A DNA stretch of 64,000 nt. Origin: Callorhinchus milii. Its lineage: Eukaryota. The stretch spans positions 81,222,001 to 81,286,000 of the forward strand of contig NW_024704743.1 of assembly GCF_018977255.1 (NCBI RefSeq), given 5' to 3'. Below the pieces are notes generated by a model. That model made no database searches. It worked only from the letters and a program-made list of their open reading frames with translations, and had not been told where the DNA came from. Shown in pieces: positions 50,680 through 62,054 of the stretch; positions within the stretch are counted from its first letter, which is position 1; the number at the start of each line of letters is the position of its first letter. A program made the position numbers and the translations under genes.

Positions 50680-53269
50680 GTAAGTGTTTGCATGGTAATG
50701 GTAATCTATAGCAATACTTTTTACAACTTTTATGGATAAACTTCCCAAACTACCTAATGCATAAAAATACGGGATAGCGCAATGCTTGTTTCTTCTATAT
50801 GATGATGCTTTTTACCCATCAGGTCTGGGAGATGGGTTCTTCCCTTTAGTGTGGAAGAAGGCAGATAGCTCTGTCTAGTGTACACTGCAAACAAGGCACT
50901 CTGTCCTCAACCCCAGGAGAGCTCTCTTCCATTACTGTAATAATAATCACTTGATATAATGCCTATAACATCAAAGGCACTTTTGTTGTTAAGTGCAGTG
51001 ACTCTATTTAAGTCAACATGGCATTCATGTTCATGCACACAGCAAAGTGTCACAATGTCAAAGTGAATGATCAATTTAGCTGGGAGATTGTTATGGCATG
51101 AGGTTACTTTTGCACATGCAGATAGAGCAAAATTCTGAAATGAGTACTAATTTAAATCGCATTTCTACTGGGTCCTCATTTGTGTGCTTTGTGATCAACT
51201 GAGATAGCAAACTCCCGAGTATGTGTTGCAAGACCGTTCTGATTTACCATTTAAGCCACACCTTGCAAGCAGAGACTTGTACACTAACCTTGAGATCAGT
51301 TTCTCGAGGATTGATTTATATTATTAAATGAGCATGGAAAAACTTGTCTTTTGATTAAGATAAACTGACTATGTGTAATACACAGATCAAACTGGCTAGA
51401 CACTTCTCCGACTGTTTCTTAGACTACGACTATAAAATTAGTATCTCAGACATTTTTGACTGACCTTTCAGAATATGTTTTTTTCTCGTCTATTTCAGTC
51501 CCTAGAAGGCATTTTAGACTCCTCTCCCTGCCCCCTTCTTTTACGAGGGTTTCACAGATACAAACAAGAGAACACAGTCCAAAAGTGCTTCAAATTAGCA
51601 CTCTTCAGGATTTTGCTCCAACTTGTCTCATCAGTGGGGAGTGTCACAGCTGAACCTGATCCTTTCTTCACCTGATAGCCACAGACACCAACCCCATCTG
51701 AAACTCACACCACCAGGGTCAGTCAATTTCTTAACATTCCCTTCTCTTCTTGAATAGTACCCATGAACATCCAACTGAACAGACAGGTGAGACTTCAATA
51801 TAACAACTTGTCCAAATGACAGCACCTCCACTTTAATGAATTCACTCTGAGATATGTAAGCTGTATGTCTTTGTTTGATTTAAATATAATTTCTGGTTAG
51901 AACAAAATCACAGTTTAACAGAGTGAAAGCCTGACCTCTGGGATAATTGCAGAATATCACTTGGCCTGAGATTTGTGATAATGTAAACCAGGAATCTGTA
52001 GCTCTTTTGGGGTCTCTCTGGTATTCCATTTTACGTGTATCCTAGAACTGTAATCTGGGCTCAGTGCACCAGTGCACTCCGATCACTTGAGCAGAGCTTT
52101 CCATTTACACTAAGCGGGAGAGGCATTCATATTGTTGCAGATATTCTTATTCCATTTGTGTACATGTAACATCAGCTGCTAACTATGGCTGTACACTCGG
52201 TCAAGCACTGTAAGTGTATGTACATCACACAGTTGTGTGCATGTGCACTCTTTTTAAGATCATCAATGACCGGCAGAATAGAGTAAGAGAGATGTTGAAA
52301 GAAAGTGCATCTGGCAGCTGATCCAGTTGTTTAGATTGCACAGCCTTCCGAACCCAATGCAGAAGGAGGTGGCTTTAATTGAAGCCAGAACTAATTTGAT
52401 GCCTAGAATTCAATGAATGTATCCTGAGAATGTGAGATCAAAATTCAGTACATCGCACAACTGATCTATTGTCACGTTGCCAGTATAAATTTGGTTTAGA
52501 TTACAAGTGTAAGGCAATAAAACCTTTGTTGGTTGTCTGTTTGATTGACTATATAAATTGAAACCACTTAATCAGATCTCTTAACAGGATATTGCTTCTT
52601 GTTGGTAACTGGTGCACTTTGGCAATGTGGGCTTGGAATGGAAATGGGGAAATCCTCAGTTACTAGCACGCAAAGCACAACCTCTTAAATCCTTCCCTCC
52701 CCCTGCCCCCCCCCCACCCCTGGCATGTAAATTGCTAAATATTGAAATATTATCTTCAATCCTGGCCAGCAATCCCCCAGATTATATTGATAATTCACTT
52801 CATGGCTGCTAGTAGGACATGTTTGTCTACAAATACAGTCACTACACTTCACTAAAATCCTGTGAAGCCCATTGAGATGTCTTGATGACATAGGACTCAA
52901 CACCAATTAAGATGTGAAAAGGTGCTATATCAAATGCAAGGATTATTATTATCATTCCTAGGAAGAAGAACTGATTTAATACTTATACTTAGAAAGTCTC
53001 CAAGATTCCAAAAGAGTTGTAAATCCCTAATATAAAATGCTTATTGGTGGGTATGTTTATATTAACCTATAATGTGTAACATTTTGCCAAAATGTGCTAT
53101 AAGTGGCACATGGATAAAAATGTTTACAGTGGCTGCCAACAATAATTTTTTGATTTAAATATGAAAAGAAGCTGCAAGTAAGGAGATCTGTAATTTTTAT
53201 TTAAATGTGCATTGTATCTTGAAGTGGTCTGCCAGGACACGCTGCCTTTAATTTGACACTAAGCTTTGG

Positions 53270-53703
53270 ATGCCACTCTAGCTCAGTCAGTAGCACTCTT
53301 GCCTCTGAGTTACAAGGTTATGGGTTCAAGCCTCCAGGTCAGGAGTTTGAACTCACAGTCCAGACTGATAGTTGAATGCAGTGCTGAGGGAGTGCTGCAT
53401 TTTTGGAGGTGTTGTCCTTTGGATGAGATGTTATACCAAGGTCCTGTTCCTGTCTACCTATTCAGATGGATGTTAAAGATCCCATGGCACTATTCAAAAA
53501 GGGAACTCTTGGTGTCCTGGCCAACAATCCCCAAATAAAATTGATCATTCATTTAATCTATGACTGTTTGTGGAACATTGGTGTGCACAAATTGGTTGCT
53601 TTGTTGACCAACAAAATACAAAGTCTCTACACTTTACAGTGAATCCTGTGAAGCATTTTGAGAAGTCATCCTGACGTGAAAGGTTCTGTATGAAATGCAA
53701 GGA
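53270..53703 (+). mobile_element. Old full-length DeuSINE-like element
   Basis: tagctcagtcagtagcactcttgcctctgag head, ggatgttaaagatcccatggcactattc, L2-type tail. Confidence 0.85.
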
Positions 53704-53743
53704 AGCCAAACACTCATTAAAATCTTTTTCTGTTGCTGTGCAG

Positions 53744-53830
53744 TGAAAGTATCACGGATCAGGAACAAACCTGGAGAGCCAAAACGGAAAAAGGATAAAC
53801 TGACTGACAGTGATGCATTGCCAGAGCAAG
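53744..53830 (+). CDS. COL14A1: Collagen XIV exon (87 nt), basic linker between FN3 and the first VWA domain
   Basis: tgcag| acceptor and CAAG|gtaact donor. Phase 1-1, in frame: (M)KVSRIRNKPGEPKRKKDKLTDSDALPEQ. Confidence 0.85.
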
Positions 53831-56239
53831 GTAACTTTTGTTGTAGCATTGGATTTAAATGCAATAGCTTTATTAATCAAAACCAAAGTTCTGAGCTATG
53901 ATTTGATGCACAACAAAAGGAACAACAATCGGTAATGTTTTGACCTTTTCATCTTGTGATGGGAATAATAGCACACGGTTAGTTTTAATAGTTGTGCTGT
54001 GTGATAGGATGGCACAGAGCTTGGGAGCATAAACTCTTGTCGCTCAAAGTCCATGCCTCTCCCTTCCCCCACTTTTGCTGAACTCCCCTTCCCTGAGAGA
54101 GCAACATTGACGTGGCCTGGGAGCAGGCTGACCACTCTACCCGCTCTATCAAAATGATGCATGGCTCAGGAGTGGATGGATGTGCACTAGAAGGAGAGTA
54201 AATATCCTCAGAAAATCAGCAAAGTATGAGGATGGATCACTGAAATGCTAGCAGCCCCACTGATCTTCTGCTTGTTCATGCAAAAATTAAAAAAAACACA
54301 GTAATGTCATATATTTTCTGAGTGTAGATTATCCTGGACACAATATATAGTGACTACTCTATTTCTTCAGTACAATTTTAGCAAAAATGTTCCTGTATCA
54401 AAGTAACAAGTTCCACCTGCCATGATGTAACAAGCCTTTGGGTTTGCTTCCCAAAGCCATTGTGATATTTCACTTCCTGCCACTTCTGAGGAGTAAGTTT
54501 ACATAACGATTAACAGCGGGTTACACTGGATAACAAACTATAACAATCTCAGGAAATCTGACATTTTATGCAAATCCTTCAGGCATCATTCAATCCTGCT
54601 GCAGATAGTAATGTGAACTGCTAGTTGGATTTGCCTCATGCTCTAACCCGTATAAAGTTCTAAACATAGAAATGTTCTTCACACATTGAGACCATTTGGC
54701 TCACTGTGTCTGTGCCAATGTTGCCTTGTTTTTCTCATTTGCTCCTGCTCCCCAACGTAAGCTCAGTTTCCAGCACTTTTCCTACAGTTTCCAGCGTTTT
54801 AAATTAAATCCATATTCAAAGTACTGAAAGAAGAAGCTGCTAGTTCAGCCATGAAAACACTGAAAATTCAAAACATTTGATCCCAGAATCACTTATCACT
54901 GCAGTCAGTTAATCATTTGTCACTCAGGCGAGCCAGTCACTTGTCACTCTCAGTGACCCTGGACAATGCACATCACTTGGCTTGCTGAGACCACTTGCCT
55001 CCAAGTGAAGTAATTGGCACGTTTCAGGACATAAATCTTTAAGGGTAAAACAGATCAAATTTGACATAAAACTACATAGTAAATATAATCCCATTTGAAT
55101 AAGAAAGGAATTATATGTGGACCGATGAGTGAAGTATTATTGTACCCAAGGAAGTGAGTTTTAAAATAGTTATTGAAACAAATCAAATAGTGACCGGTTG
55201 TGGTGCATTTAAAAGATTTGCATATAAAAGTTGTGTTTGATGTTCAGTGTGTCAATGGCTCCCACCAAATAGAGACCTGAAAAATAACACATTACATGAT
55301 ACATTCCTCAAACAAATATATGTTCTTGTTCTTATTGTAAATGCCTAAATACCTATTTTCTTATGTTGTAATGCATTTTATTTCAATGGAATGTTGTCTT
55401 TTTTAATTGAAATCTGTGTTGTCATCCATGTTGTGATGTGTTACAAATAGTCACACCTTTGCTGAATGGCAAGGATCTATTTGGAAATCTCAGTTCAATC
55501 AACATACTTGGGTTGTGTTTTATCATACAATCTGGGAAAAGAATGATACATTTTCCTGTTGATTATTTTCCCGATGATGAGGCCTGTGCCCACTGCTATG
55601 TTTGTGAATTAATGTTTGGGGTAAGTACCAGTTCTCTGCAGTATGTTAATTGCATGTATATCAATGTACAGCTTTTGCGTGTGATGTTTCTTTTGCTTCT
55701 TGATTGATGCCTAATAACTTTAACAAAGTGACAGTGAGGTCGAATTTACTACGTGACTCAATTCTTTCTGTTATTGGTGGCACAGGAAGACCAACCTTTT
55801 GGGTAAAAGGACAAATTAAAGCCTGGTTCTCAATTGCGGACATCAAACCCTTCAAATGGTAAGAAGGAGGTGGATGAAAGGAAAGGATTAAGGCAATACA
55901 CACTGTGCTGTGAAACATTTTGCCTTGAAATTAATTAAAACACGGTTTATAGGACAAGGCTGCTGCTACATACGTAGTCACTTTTTATTTTCTGATGATT
56001 TTATATGAAATGAATGAGAATCAAATGTTGTTAAATAATGCTCCCACCTTAATGTCTGAATAAAGTGGCTCACAAATTCAGTGTGTGACTGCATAAGAAC
56101 ATAAGAATTTGCTAGGTGAAAGAAGACTTAGGACCATGTACTGTATCTAAAAAAAGATGATTTCTAGCAGGTTTCAAACACTTCTTTACATCATCTTTTT
56201 TTTTTTCATGATCAATTTGGTGCACTCCTTGTGATCCCA

Positions 56240-56629
56240 GATCTCTGGTCCTGTCTGCCTCTCTGACCTACTATCCCCCTACTTACCTGCCCGTACCCTC
56301 CGTTCCTCTGGCTCCGGTCTGCTCCACATCCCCCGCCCTAACTGCCCTACCATCGGTGGCCGGGCCTTCAGCCTCTCAGCCCCGAGGCTCTGGAACTCCA
56401 TCCCCCAGTGCCTTCACCTTGCTTCCTCCCTTCCTCCTTCAAGGCCGGTTTCAAGACCTTTCTCTTCGACCGAGCCTTCAGCTCCCCTCTCAACTCTCTA
56501 CCCCCTCCTCGCTCCCTCCCCTCACCCTGACCATTTCCCCACTGCTCGGGTCCCGACCCAACTGTCCAGCGCCTTGGGACGTCCTCCCGACGTGAAAGGC
56601 GCTCTATAAATGAAATCTTGTTGTTGTTG
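56240..56629 (+). mobile_element. Young L2 3' fragment
   Basis: Close to the reverse complement of 16768-17150. Tail agcgccttgggacgtcctcccgacgtgaaaggcgct...ttgttgttg. Confidence 0.93.
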
Positions 56630-59600
56630 CCTCGATTTTTATGGCACAGACAAGTAAAGGAGGATGTTTTTGGAGGCCTGATACTGCAACGGTTGACTAA
56701 TGACCACTATGTTGTGAAATTAGAACAAGTCAGAATTGAGGGTCAGGGTCAAAATTGTGGATTTTCTAAAAACATTTTGACGTGATGAGTAATGGAAAGT
56801 ACATGACATGGGGAGAATAGTTTCTCCTTCCAGGACTTTCAGAATGGACTGGTGCTTATCCGTGCTTTGAATACTTCTTTGACCAAACCTTCATTCATCT
56901 TTCCCCTCCCCACCCACCTCAGCATTCACCCTATCCCGGGTGCCAAGTCAGAACTGCCCAGTGTGTTGGGGGGCTTCCTGATGTGCAAGACGCTATGTAA
57001 ATTTTTATTGAATTGTGAATACCGAGGGAATTTTTTTGTTTGTTTCTTACTAATAGGCTTTTAGTTAAAAACTTCTAAATATTTTAGGGTGATGAGGGAG
57101 AGTCTTTAATTGGACTTTGGATTTTGTGCTTCTTTGCCAGAGAGTGGTTTAAATCATTTAAAAAGTAACAGAGTTATTGTTGCAACTGGGAATAAAGGAA
57201 AATGTTCCCCATTATATTAAACTCAACAGTGGCAGCATTTCAATTCTGAAAGGCTGGAGGGAATAACCATATTCCCAAAGTTAGGAGCGTGGCATTAAGT
57301 CTCAAACCTTTAAGTGTACTTTCCAGTATTCTCCACAGTGATTAAGGAAAGGAATGCACTTTGGAATAATGCAATATTTACACCATGATGTGGCATAACC
57401 TGGAATATTAGCAGTTAAAAATTAACTGCATTTACAGTGGGAGTGTTGCAGTAATTCCTTCATTGCTTTAATTTTTTTTAGCTTTTAACCTTTGTTTCAA
57501 CTCCAACTTTTAGAAATGTATTTGTGTTACTATCCTTTGGCAGATCTTATTTTGCAAACGCAGATGATTTATTGGTGCGTGTTGCTGGTTGACAGATACT
57601 TCATATCTGGCTCAGTGGCCTATGCACCAATTATAGATCAGTGACTCACCCAGCAAATGCAAAGCTGGCTCCTATTTTGAAGTGAGCCAGCTTTCTGTGT
57701 GCACATAGTGAATGAGGAAGAGCTAAATGCTGATCATACCCTGGTTGGTATTTTATTGACCCCATTTACTGTGTTGTAACAGGACTCTACTGTATCTAAT
57801 AGCATCTTCTTCAAGTAATTTTATCCATCTATCATGGCTTTCTGTTGTGACACCGCATTCACAGCATGTTTAGACTGTCTGCCTTCAATAATAGTGATTC
57901 CAGTTACAAATGCTGATTGCATTTGCACTCCTCTGAGAAATAATTGTTTTCTCTATCTATATGTTCATATTTGGCCTTTGGGATATAGAATCCTGTTTAG
58001 TGAACCTCAAGAGATCTAACCTGAAAGTATAAATGCATTGCGGATTTATACCAACTCTTGACTTCAAGCTCTCCATCAATTGCAAAGTCATCAAAACCTT
58101 GAGAAGTTGATCGAGCTCAGAACGGTTGCACAGGGGATCGCTTCCATAATCAATGGCAAGAAGCCAGCAATCCCATCCAACCAAGTCTTCCACTTGTGTT
58201 TGGCACTCACACAAAATAAACTCAAAGAAGAAGCATTACATGACTTGATGGTTGAGCTTGCTTCACATTTATTATTATTATTATTATTTGATGCCTTGGC
58301 TGAAATCCTCTTCACGCAGAATGCAAGCTCATTTTCTTCATAAAAGTCTGAAGAAAGTAACAAATCTGTACACTTTCAAGCGAAGGACGGAATCTAGACA
58401 GATTCATCAAAACTTACGGTAGTAGTAGAATGTGATAGAAACTTGTATGTTGTTAATCATTCTACAAACTGGTGCAGACTTCTACTACTTCTGATGACCA
58501 TCGTACAGATAAAATCAGCCATGGCTGTTTGTGGGATATTGGCTGCTGTGTTTGCCTACAAATACACAGGCACTACACTTCACAGTAAAACTCCTGTGAA
58601 GCGCTTTGATGCATCTTAGCAATATAATAAGGTGCCATAATCAAATAAAAGGATTATATTTCTATTGAACCATCTTAGAATTCTTCATGTTGTCATTCTG
58701 TTAGCACTGGGTACTTCCTACTGTTAGGATAGCTGGGAAACAAATCCTGCAAACCATGGAATCTGGCAATTTGGGGAAATTTGGCCGTCTGATCAAATGC
58801 TTTAGATTTGCTTATCAATACAAGCAAAACCAAACTTTTATTTGTTTGAATCTTTCATCTTTAAAAGTGAAAATCTTTGCAATCAGATCAGCTATCTCAT
58901 TCCAAAATATTAGATTCAAATCCTGCTCAAGATTGCCAGCAGCGAAGAAAATCACAGGGAGACTCAGGCAAATGGTCAAAACCGGTTTGGGCATTTGAAA
59001 CCGTTTATGTAGACAATTGAAATCTTTTCAAGGCAACTGGTCACTGCATAACAAGTTTCCTGACACCAATTCTAGCACATTTATCAAATGATTTGAATTG
59101 AAGTGACTGTATGTCTTATATCTAGTTTATGCTGTAGGAAATTAAGCAATATTGCTTCTAGCAGTACAGTGTTAGGAGTGAGAAGCCTGATTTATACTTT
59201 TTGCTCTTATTAATTGGGAGTCTGAGGAGCGTTCAGTGAACATGCAACTGTGCATATGGCTATCAGGTAGTGAAATGAGCTCTTAAAAAAGATTTAATAA
59301 ATGGTCCCACCCCCCGCCCCCCACCCCCATGTTGGGCAGTTCATTGTCAGATTGTGTGTTACACATAAGACTTAAGCTGACAACGTTTTTCCTCAGTATT
59401 TTGATTTACCGGTACAGAGCGGGGGCTTTCACTCCAACATGGAACAGACTTCAATTCACCATTTCCTCCTACATGGAACAGACTTCAATTCACAATTCTG
59501 CTTGTGTAGTAAAAATAATAGGAGCACGATCTAATTTTAAAACATTTGCTTCCGTTTTTTAAAAAAAACAAGACTGGCTGTAACTTACTTTTAAGAAAAT

Positions 59601-62054
59601 CTAATTTATTTGACACTTTATTCTGAGTCCTGTAAACCTTGGTGAGAGGCAAATTTGAGCTGTTTTCTCCCCTTTCCCTCTTTCTCCTGCTTTTCCCATG
59701 CACATTCTGAGACTAAACCTGTGCTTGGTTATCTACCTCTGCAAGTGCCAGTCTGAACCAGGCACTGGGGATATTTGGAACCAGAGCAGTGAAGTCTCTC
59801 TCTCTCTCCCTTTTTAATCTTGCCTTTCCAATGTGTGGGATTGCATAACCTGTGTTTCCTCAGAGCGAGACAGCTGAGATTCTACTCTGAGTAACGTAGT
59901 AAAATAAAAATACAGGAGTGTTGGAAATCAGAAATAAAACTGGTTAGGTGTGGCGAAGGGTCTGCCTTTTTTAAGAGGACCCGGGGAAGGACGGTGACTG
60001 AAGCCACGGTCGAAGAGATGGGTCTTGAAGGAGGCTAGGGAGGGGGTTAGGCAGAGAGACTGTGGGAAAAAATCCAATTTAGCTTTCAAAAGGGAACCAG
60101 ATAAATACCTAAAAAGTAGTAAGCTATAAGGGTATGAGAAAAGGGCAGGTAATTTAGACTGAAAGGATTGCTCTTCAGAAAAGCCAGCACAGACACGAAG
60201 GGCTAAATGGCCTTCTTCTGCACTGTAAAATTTCTATGATTCTACAGTTCTTCTAATTTCTATTTATCTTTTAGCAATTTAACCCAATGATATTTATGAA
60301 GAAATCAATACCTTTTCAATGGGGAGACTTTTCTCCTCTTGGTAAACTTTACTCGTGAATGACAGCAGGTATGGACATTTTGTCCATGGAAATCAATGTA
60401 TTTCTGCTGTTCCACTTTCGTCTCTAGACAGAAAATTCTGTTAGATCAAAGAATCCGGGTGCAGAATATTTATGGTGAAAAATGTTTGCTTTTCCAGTAT
60501 TGTCACTTTTCCTCCTGCACTACATGGTGCATAAATAATTTGCTGAATTCTCTAAAGCAGAATCTTTCACATTCTCAAATAGCTCTACGCTGCAAGGTTC
60601 TGCTCAGACATGAGCAGTACTGTAAGTACTCTTCTGCTCTTATCAGAGTAGAGTTCCCACTTGCAGTTAGGTGTGATGCATTTCTGCTTACTGTCATCGC
60701 TCCAAGATGTTATCCTACATGAAAGGCGTTATATATAGGATATCTAAGATGTAGCAATTTGTCGTTGAAATCATGATTTGTAAATCTGTTTGTGAATGTC
60801 ACATTGTCAATCTCAAATGACACTCCCTGTAAAAGGATGTTTTGCTTACAATTATATTTCTTTGTGAATAATGGAAGATGAAGCAACGTTTAATCTAGAT
60901 TCAGCTTTTTAAATGTTGTAGTATTTAAACTTGGAAAAAAGAGTTGATGCCGAGGAGAGCTGTAGCTATAGGGAGGTCATTCAGCCAATTTGAGCCTATT
61001 CCGCCAGATCATTTTGAATCTAATCCCATCCCTTTTCCCCTCTATTCTCCATGATTGACCATTGGAAATGGGCAAATATTATTTGAGCACAAGAATGCAT
61101 GAACAAAAGTTGGTATTTAACACACTAATCCTGCTCCTTCTGCAAACATACCACTCCCCCTCAAAGGCGTGTGGAGAAGCCATCTTGATAGACAGAAGTA
61201 TGTCTGTCCAGATGGCTGAGGCCATACATCCCTTAACTGAGAGCAGACCAATAGGTGAAACCTCAAGAGAAGTTTTAATGTCTCAGATATTGTGCCAACA
61301 TCCTATTGAAATAATAATCTCACCCCCCAAATAACTCTAATGCTCAACAAAATACTCAGTTGGTGTGGGTGTAAATTTTTGACATGGATTAAAAAAAGTA
61401 GCAATGATTAAGACTATAGTATGATGGTCAGAGGTAGTTAGTTGTAAGTAGGCTGTGATTCACAAATACTGGAGTGGCCGTTTTATGTGTGAATCTTGGT
61501 ACTAGTGTAACCAATCAAATGATTCAATAAGCCTGGAAACAGATTAGCAATGTGACTTGTTCTCCACCATTTATTCAGGGAAAGAAAGGGATGGATACTG
61601 ATGGGGGAGGAAAATTAGATTGTTGCATGTTGTAGTTAATGGAAATGCCTAGAAGCAAGACAATAAATGCCATTCAGCCTTTTAGACACACACTTGAAGA
61701 ACCATCATATTGACTTTCAACCACAAATGTGGGGCAATGTTAGAATCAGATAAATGATCTGCCACAATGTTTACACACGATAGAGGAATAGCAATAATAA
61801 ATATTACATCTCATTGTAATAGAATACATATGTATTCAAGTTAATTGCTCGTATCTACATTTTCAAAAAAATGGGCTGATTTGCTTTGGTGATAGTAATA
61901 TCTACTCCCTGCTGCTGTAGAATCAGGAATGGAGCAATAGTAAGGTGTAAAACCTATCACTTTAGTAGCCGAGTGCCACTGGACAGGATTCCTGCTGAAT
62001 TCTAATTGAGTGATAATTTTCACGCCTCTAGTTTTGTGTAGTGATGTGTTCTCA

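Noticed and set aside
55700..55865. Candidate extra COL14A1 exon ending at G|gtaaga
   Set aside because: No good in-frame acceptor and no VWA similarity. The expected VWA exon (D..ILVDGSWSIG) was not found and probably lies beyond 64000.
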